A stretch of 64,000 nucleotides of DNA from Candidatus Paraprochloron terpiosi LD05 (GTDB lineage: Bacteria > Cyanobacteriota > Cyanobacteriia > Cyanobacteriales > Prochloraceae), in NCBI GenBank assembly GCA_018141785.1, contig CP073341.1, positions 879,118 through 943,117 on the forward strand, written 5' to 3'. This document shows positions 59,861-64,000 of this stretch, one piece after another; position 1 is the stretch's first letter; each line of letters opens with the position of its first letter. Made by a program: the position numbers and the translations under genes. Under the pieces are notes generated by a model, which worked only from the letters and a program-made list of their open reading frames with translations, had not been told where the DNA came from and searched no databases.

Positions 59861-61533
59861 GTTTTGACCTTTGTATCTAATGGTTCAGCTTTGTAATCAG
59901 ACAGCACAAGTCCGGGGTAGATACGCTCAAACTCCTTTGCTAAATTTCTATTGATATCCTCTGAAGCTGGAGAATTTTTGATAACCGCAAGTCCATAGTC
60001 GTATAGGTTAGGATAAAAGTCGTATTTGTCCCAAAATTCCTTGTGGTCAATTATCTCTTTTGCTATATAAGTATAATTAGGGTGAATCCAAATGATATCC
60101 GGCATTCTTGCAAACAAGTAATCAGCGGTGAAGCCATTATGAGCGATGTGCCTATCATGGAGACCCACTACATCAATCATTGGTGTGCTAGGATTTTCAG
60201 ATCCAATGTAGCCATATTCTGTACATGCCAGTGCCACATCTGGTGGCAGATGTTGCAAAAGGGAATCTATTTCTTTCATAGATTCATGCCAGCCGATGTT
60301 TGGTAGTTTTTCTGTTGCACGGATTCTGTACTGTGTCTCCACCTTGAAGTGTGTTGGTTGTCCAATTATCCAGTTTTGCCATGCCCTTGCAACACCCTTT
60401 TCTGCTTGGGGAGATGTCAATATTATTAGCAAGACTAGAGCAATGACTGGCCCGAGGATTGGCAAGCTGAATTTACTATGGGGCACAAGGTCGGATTTAT
60501 CTAGGTAAGAATTTACTGCCACGAAGGCAGCAAGGATCAGAAATGGGAGGGCTGGATAATAGTATCTCCCTTGATTACCCATGATTTGAACCACCCTGGT
60601 GAAGTAACCGAAGGTTAACAAAACCGGCAGAAGGATAGCAATAAGCCGAGACAAGGTTTCTCGTGACGCAAAACAAACAATCGCGAGAATATAAAGAAGT
60701 GATTCACGAAAGAAAATGAAGGTATACTCTGCGGCGTTCCAGATGTATGCGTCTATGTAACCGAGATAGAAGCCAGAAGACTTGGCGAAAAATGGTAGAG
60801 GGATAAAGTCTCCGAACATAGCCTTCTTAAAGAGAAGGTCGATGCACAGGAGTGCTAGAAAGGCAAGGACATAGCGCAAACTCACTTTCCAATGTCGCCG
60901 ATCATTAGCGATGAGTAACAGGGGTGGCAATAAAAGACAATACAGTCCGCTATCAGGTCTTGTGAGAAACGAAGCATAAGCTGCAATGAGGCATAGGATG
61001 AGGTACTTTGTGGACCTTGTCTCAGCCAGGAGATACGCCATGGCAGCAAGGACAGAGTTGAAAAGAAGAGCTAAAGTGGTCTCCATGCCCATTCTACTAT
61101 GGTAAGCAAAAACTTCGCTAAAAACCATAAAGGGGATGACCAATAAAGGAAGGTAATATCTTCTGAGCTGTTTGAATAAGGCAAACCCCATTATGGTTAG
61201 GCAAGCGACGGAGGCTAACCCTGCCACAAACGATATGGTGGTCAAAACCAAAGCGTCTGGCAGATTTGTCAAACCACGAACAGCAGTAACTACTAGAAGA
61301 TAAGAAACACTAGTTATGCCGTAAACAGGACCTTCGTCTGGATTCCAAGAAAAACCCATCCCCGACAACCAGTGCTTTGCGTAGCGGAGGAACATGTAGG
61401 CATCATCAAACGAGAGAAAGTCACTTATGGGTTTGATGAACCGCAAATAAAAAATCAAGCAGCAGGTGGCAAATCCAATCAGCATCATCCGAATAACTTT
61501 TGGATTTTTCATGTCTAATGTTCTAGATGTCAT
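59857..61533 (-). CDS. Polytopic GT-C-like glycosyltransferase (putative arabinosyltransferase) 2
   Basis: It is a multi-TM protein with the first-loop motif FDDAYMFLRYAKH, parallel to that of the 55188-56843 protein. Confidence 0.6.
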   Translation of the reverse strand: MTSRTLDMKNPKVIRMMLIGFATCCLIFYLRFIKPISDFLSFDDAYMFLRYAKHWLSGMGFSWNPDEGPVYGITSVSYLLVVTAVRGLTNLPDALVLTTISFVAGLASVACLTIMGFALFKQLRRYYLPLLVIPFMVFSEVFAYHSRMGMETTLALLFNSVLAAMAYLLAETRSTKYLILCLIAAYASFLTRPDSGLYCLLLPPLLLIANDRRHWKVSLRYVLAFLALLCIDLLFKKAMFGDFIPLPFFAKSSGFYLGYIDAYIWNAAEYTFIFFRESLLYILAIVCFASRETLSRLIAILLPVLLTFGYFTRVVQIMGNQGRYYYPALPFLILAAFVAVNSYLDKSDLVPHSKFSLPILGPVIALVLLIILTSPQAEKGVARAWQNWIIGQPTHFKVETQYRIRATEKLPNIGWHESMKEIDSLLQHLPPDVALACTEYGYIGSENPSTPMIDVVGLHDRHIAHNGFTADYLFARMPDIIWIHPNYTYIAKEIIDHKEFWDKYDFYPNLYDYGLAVIKNSPASEDINRNLAKEFERIYPGLVLSDYKAEPLDTKVKT

Positions 61534-61641
61534 AATATCCTGATTTATAACAAGTTTACTTTTATGTGAAGTTTTGGGTTAATTTTAAGAGATAAAAGTA
61601 CTGAATATCATTTTTTAATACCCGGTATATTACTCATTTTT

Positions 61642-62511
61642 TTAGAAAATTACTCCCTGATGTTTCAGCCAAAGAATCGCAAAACATGTGATAACCCAAT
61701 TTACCACGGTTAGGAGGATAGGTAAATCCTTTAACAAAACTTCCTCGGGGCGCTCAGTTTTCCCTCCCTGCTCTCCCCCGCTGCCATTCCTACGCCCCAT
61801 TGGGGATGGATCGCTAAGTAACTGGTAGCGAAAAATGCCGTACAAAACAAATGGCAGGGTTAACAGCATCCAGGGAGTTGATGCTCCGCCGAAAGCAGGA
61901 CCAGAACTCCAAAGGGCGTAACTCATGACTGCACCAGTGGTAACAGTGCTTTCCATACGAGTCAGCAGGGGTAAAGAGTAGTACTTGAGCACGGAACGAC
62001 GCTTAATATCTTGAATTTCCGCTAATCGCAGTTCCGCTTTGCGCTTCTCAATACCCAAAAACAGAGCTAACATGGCGGTACAAAGCAAAAACCAGGAAGA
62101 CACCATCAAACCTGTAGCTGCTGCACCAGCACAAGTTCGCAAAACAAAACCTGTGGCGATGGCCAAAATATCCAAAATAACAGTGCGCTTTAGTTTTAAG
62201 TTATAAGCTACTTGCAGCATAGCGTAGCTCATGAGGATAGCTCCCAAGGTGGGCGATTGTTGCCAACCCATAATTAGAGCACCGTTTAACAGAACTACTG
62301 CCATTACTAATGCTGCTGGGATACTCACTAATCCAGCAGCGATAGGGCGCTTGCACTTCACAGGATGCCTTTGGTCTGATTTGACATCTGCTATGTCATT
62401 CAGCAGATAGAAGGCACTAGAAGTACAGCAGAACAAGACGAACGCCAGGGAACCACCCAGAAAGGATTGCCTATTGATGCTAAAAGCAAACAAGGGGACG
62501 GCAAAGACCAC
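61642..62511 (-). CDS. UbiA-family prenyl-phosphate phosphoribosyltransferase (Rv3806c-like)
   Basis: It has NDIADVKSDQRHPVKCKRPIAAG (NDxxDxxxD...RP) and multiple TM helices. The frame stays open upstream to 62652 and encodes the conserved LRPRQWTKNL segment, but without a canonical start codon. Confidence 0.75.
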   Translation of the reverse strand: MVFAVPLFAFSINRQSFLGGSLAFVLFCCTSSAFYLLNDIADVKSDQRHPVKCKRPIAAGLVSIPAALVMAVVLLNGALIMGWQQSPTLGAILMSYAMLQVAYNLKLKRTVILDILAIATGFVLRTCAGAAATGLMVSSWFLLCTAMLALFLGIEKRKAELRLAEIQDIKRRSVLKYYSLPLLTRMESTVTTGAVMSYALWSSGPAFGGASTPWMLLTLPFVLYGIFRYQLLSDPSPMGRRNGSGGEQGGKTERPEEVLLKDLPILLTVVNWVITCFAILWLKHQGVIF

Positions 62512-62698
62512 CAGATTTTTCGTCCACTGGCGAGGTCTTAGAGCAGCTACAGCAGCTCCAGAGGGACTTTTTTTACTCCTAACTGCTGCCTTTTTTGGAG
62601 ATTGTTGTGTGATAGGTTTTCCCCCTTGGCTAAAAACTATATCTAGTCTATATTACACATTTTTCCTGTCAAAGTCTACCCAACACAAATATCTTTGG

Positions 62699-62730
62699 CT
62701 GTTGGGTTTCGTTTCCTCAGACCAACCTAC
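62699..62730 (+). repeat. GTTGGGTTTCG...CCAACCTAC hairpin repeat, degenerate copy
   Basis: The sequence is ctgttgggtttcgtttcctcagaccaacctac. Confidence 0.7.
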
Positions 62731-62735
62731 AATCT

Positions 62736-62780
62736 GGCGATGAGTGGCATTTTTATATTTAGGAATTATAAACCGCAGGA
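62736..62780 (+). repeat. Direct repeat flanking the MntA/HepT-like cassette (downstream copy)
   Basis: ggcgatgagtggcatttttatatttaggaattataaaccgcagga matches 63620-63664 with a few substitutions. The mntA start codon equivalent is mutated (ATA). Confidence 0.85.
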
Positions 62781-63263
62781 TTAAATGACTGTGCCCTCAA
62801 GTCCCAGAGTTAGGAAATGTTGAATTTCGGAAGTAAATCTAGAAAAATAAGCAAATCCACGTTTGGCAATATCCAACACGCGCTCTCGGTCTAGTTGATA
62901 GGCATAGATACTTCTGACGACATGACGAAAGCGCCGCAGTTCGTCGAAGAGGAAGCGAGTGTCTTCTGAAATTAGGGCTGGGCGAAGTTGGGGAATCTCT
63001 ACGGTCATTTGTTCTAGCAGTTGGCGATGCCAATTTTGTCCAGTGGGGACAGATCGATCAATTTCCTTGGCTATGGCTTCAAAAATGCGTTCCGCTCCAG
63101 TGTAGAAACTATGCAAGTTCAAGGCGATGGCACTAATGAGGGCAGTTTCAATGGTCGATTCTAGGGGTTTGTCCAGTTGGGTCAAAAATTGCTCGGTTTG
63201 CTTGATGATTTGAATCATTTCTTTGAGTTCTTGTTGGATGCGCTGTTTGAGTTCTGGGTTCAT
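62781..63263 (-). CDS. HEPN-like (HepT-like) protein, partner of the upstream nucleotidyltransferase
   Basis: It is a four-helix-type protein with an RRFRHVVRSIYAY motif near the C-terminus. Its start overlaps the upstream gene by 4 nt. Confidence 0.6.
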   Translation of the reverse strand: MNPELKQRIQQELKEMIQIIKQTEQFLTQLDKPLESTIETALISAIALNLHSFYTGAERIFEAIAKEIDRSVPTGQNWHRQLLEQMTVEIPQLRPALISEDTRFLFDELRRFRHVVRSIYAYQLDRERVLDIAKRGFAYFSRFTSEIQHFLTLGLEGTVI

Positions 63264-63640
63264 AGCTCCACTCCTCGGGCGATGGCATCTCGAATATGGG
63301 GCTTGGTTGATTCTGCTTCGATTAAATCCATGGCGAAATCATGACCCCGTTCAACAGTTGCTCCAGCGCGGTACAGTTCGTTTTTGGGGAGTCCCCATAC
63401 GGCGAGGTCGATGTCGGAGTGCCAAGTCATTTTTTCTGGGGTAAGTAGGGAACCAAACAATACCACCCGATGTACACCGAATTGGGTTTTGAGTTGTTGG
63501 GCGGCAAGGCGTGCCACCTGCCATCCCTGTTGTTGCCGATGGCGCATTTGCTGCACAAATTCTGTGCGTTGGGCGTGGCTCTGTTGCACTCGTTCGATGA
63601 TTTGTTTTTGGGTTTCTAGGGCGATGAGTGGCATTTTCAT
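63260..63640 (-). CDS. mntA: MntA-type minimal nucleotidyltransferase
   Basis: It has the pol-beta NTase motif VVLFGSLL....W.SDIDLAVWG. Confidence 0.8.
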   Translation of the reverse strand: MKMPLIALETQKQIIERVQQSHAQRTEFVQQMRHRQQQGWQVARLAAQQLKTQFGVHRVVLFGSLLTPEKMTWHSDIDLAVWGLPKNELYRAGATVERGHDFAMDLIEAESTKPHIRDAIARGVEL

Positions 63641-63664
63641 GTTTAGGGATTATAAACCGCAGAT
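63620..63664 (+). repeat. Direct repeat flanking the MntA/HepT-like cassette (upstream copy, includes the mntA start)
   Basis: The sequence is ggcgatgagtggcattttcatgtttagggattataaaccgcagat. Its reverse complement encodes the MKMPLIA start of mntA. Confidence 0.85.
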
Positions 63665-63686
63665 GAACGCAGATGGATAGGGATGA

Positions 63687-64000
63687 TTACTCTTTTGTAG
63701 CTATTTTATCTAAGAGTTGGTAAAATGGCTCCCAGTTATCTTCCTGCATAATGGGTTCCCAGATTGATTCAATGACGGGTTTTAGTAATGCGGTTTTGGG
63801 GTTATAATGGTGGAGGCGATCGCCTATTTTACCCATTTCTTCTTTCGGAAATTGATTGAGTATTTTATGATATAATATTCTCCACTTAGTTAAAAGTTCG
63901 TTTTCTTGTTTCAATTCCGGTAATAGGCTATTCTCCAGAATGGTGGCACTATCTTCTCGCCAACCGTAATTAAATCCTTGGGCTAACTTAGCAAAGAAAC
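63687..64000 (-). CDS. Hypothetical protein, 5' end beyond the window
   Basis: The minus-strand frame is open from the stop at 63687 to the window edge (...FFAKLAQGFNYGWREDSATILENSLLPELKQENELLTKW...). No family was recognised. Confidence 0.5.
   Translation of the reverse strand, partial: FFAKLAQGFNYGWREDSATILENSLLPELKQENELLTKWRILYHKILNQFPKEEMGKIGDRLHHYNPKTALLKPVIESIWEPIMQEDNWEPFYQLLDKIATKE

Noticed and set aside
62474-62743. This is an 89-codon plus-strand ORF overlapping the 5' region of the UbiA-type gene.
   Set aside because: The opposite strand encodes the conserved RPRQWTKNL transferase N-terminus, and the plus-strand product has no recognisable features.

Overview
This is a cyanobacterial chromosomal window. 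The evidence is a psaA-psaB operon, frequent HIP1 GCGATCGC octamers, XisH/XisI, Uma2 endonucleases and pentapeptide-repeat proteins. The backbone is housekeeping: rimO (partial), a DEAD-box helicase, thrC, TldD/PmbA, holA, cobH, cysH, an SbcD-like nuclease, glcE/glcF, purM, rlpA, panC-cmk, a Cu P-type ATPase, moaE, rhomboid, gloA, amidase, a ManC-like gene, yraN and psaAB. Accessory and decaying material sits between these genes. (1) A minus-strand cluster at 55.2-62.7 kb encodes homologs of the actinobacterial decaprenyl-phospho-arabinose pathway (UbiA-type phosphoribosyltransferase, DprE1-like and DprE2-like enzymes) plus two GT-C-like polytopic membrane proteins. (2) A visibly AT-richer two-gene module (29.7-31.5 kb) pairs an ABC/AAA_21-like ATPase with a small Toprim-like protein and resembles a split-OLD / PARIS / AbiL-type defence pair. 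(3) There are two group II introns. One is ORF-less and interrupts a Uma2 gene. The other carries an RT/maturase/HNH ORF that is frameshifted at a 25-nt palindrome. (4) Several toxin-antitoxin modules and relics are present (YefM/YoeB relic, ParE/RelE-like pair, HicAB, MntA/HepT-like), together with XisH/XisI. (5) Three cassette borders are marked by long local duplications (gloA 3' end, dprE1 5' end, mntA 5' end). (6) Dispersed short-repeat families occur throughout, one of which repeatedly abuts start codons. (7) Other items are a tandem pair of secreted paralogs of unknown function and a candidate promoter-to-terminator sRNA. By eye I found no tRNA, rRNA or CRISPR array. All calls rest on manual motif recognition; no database search or computation was run.
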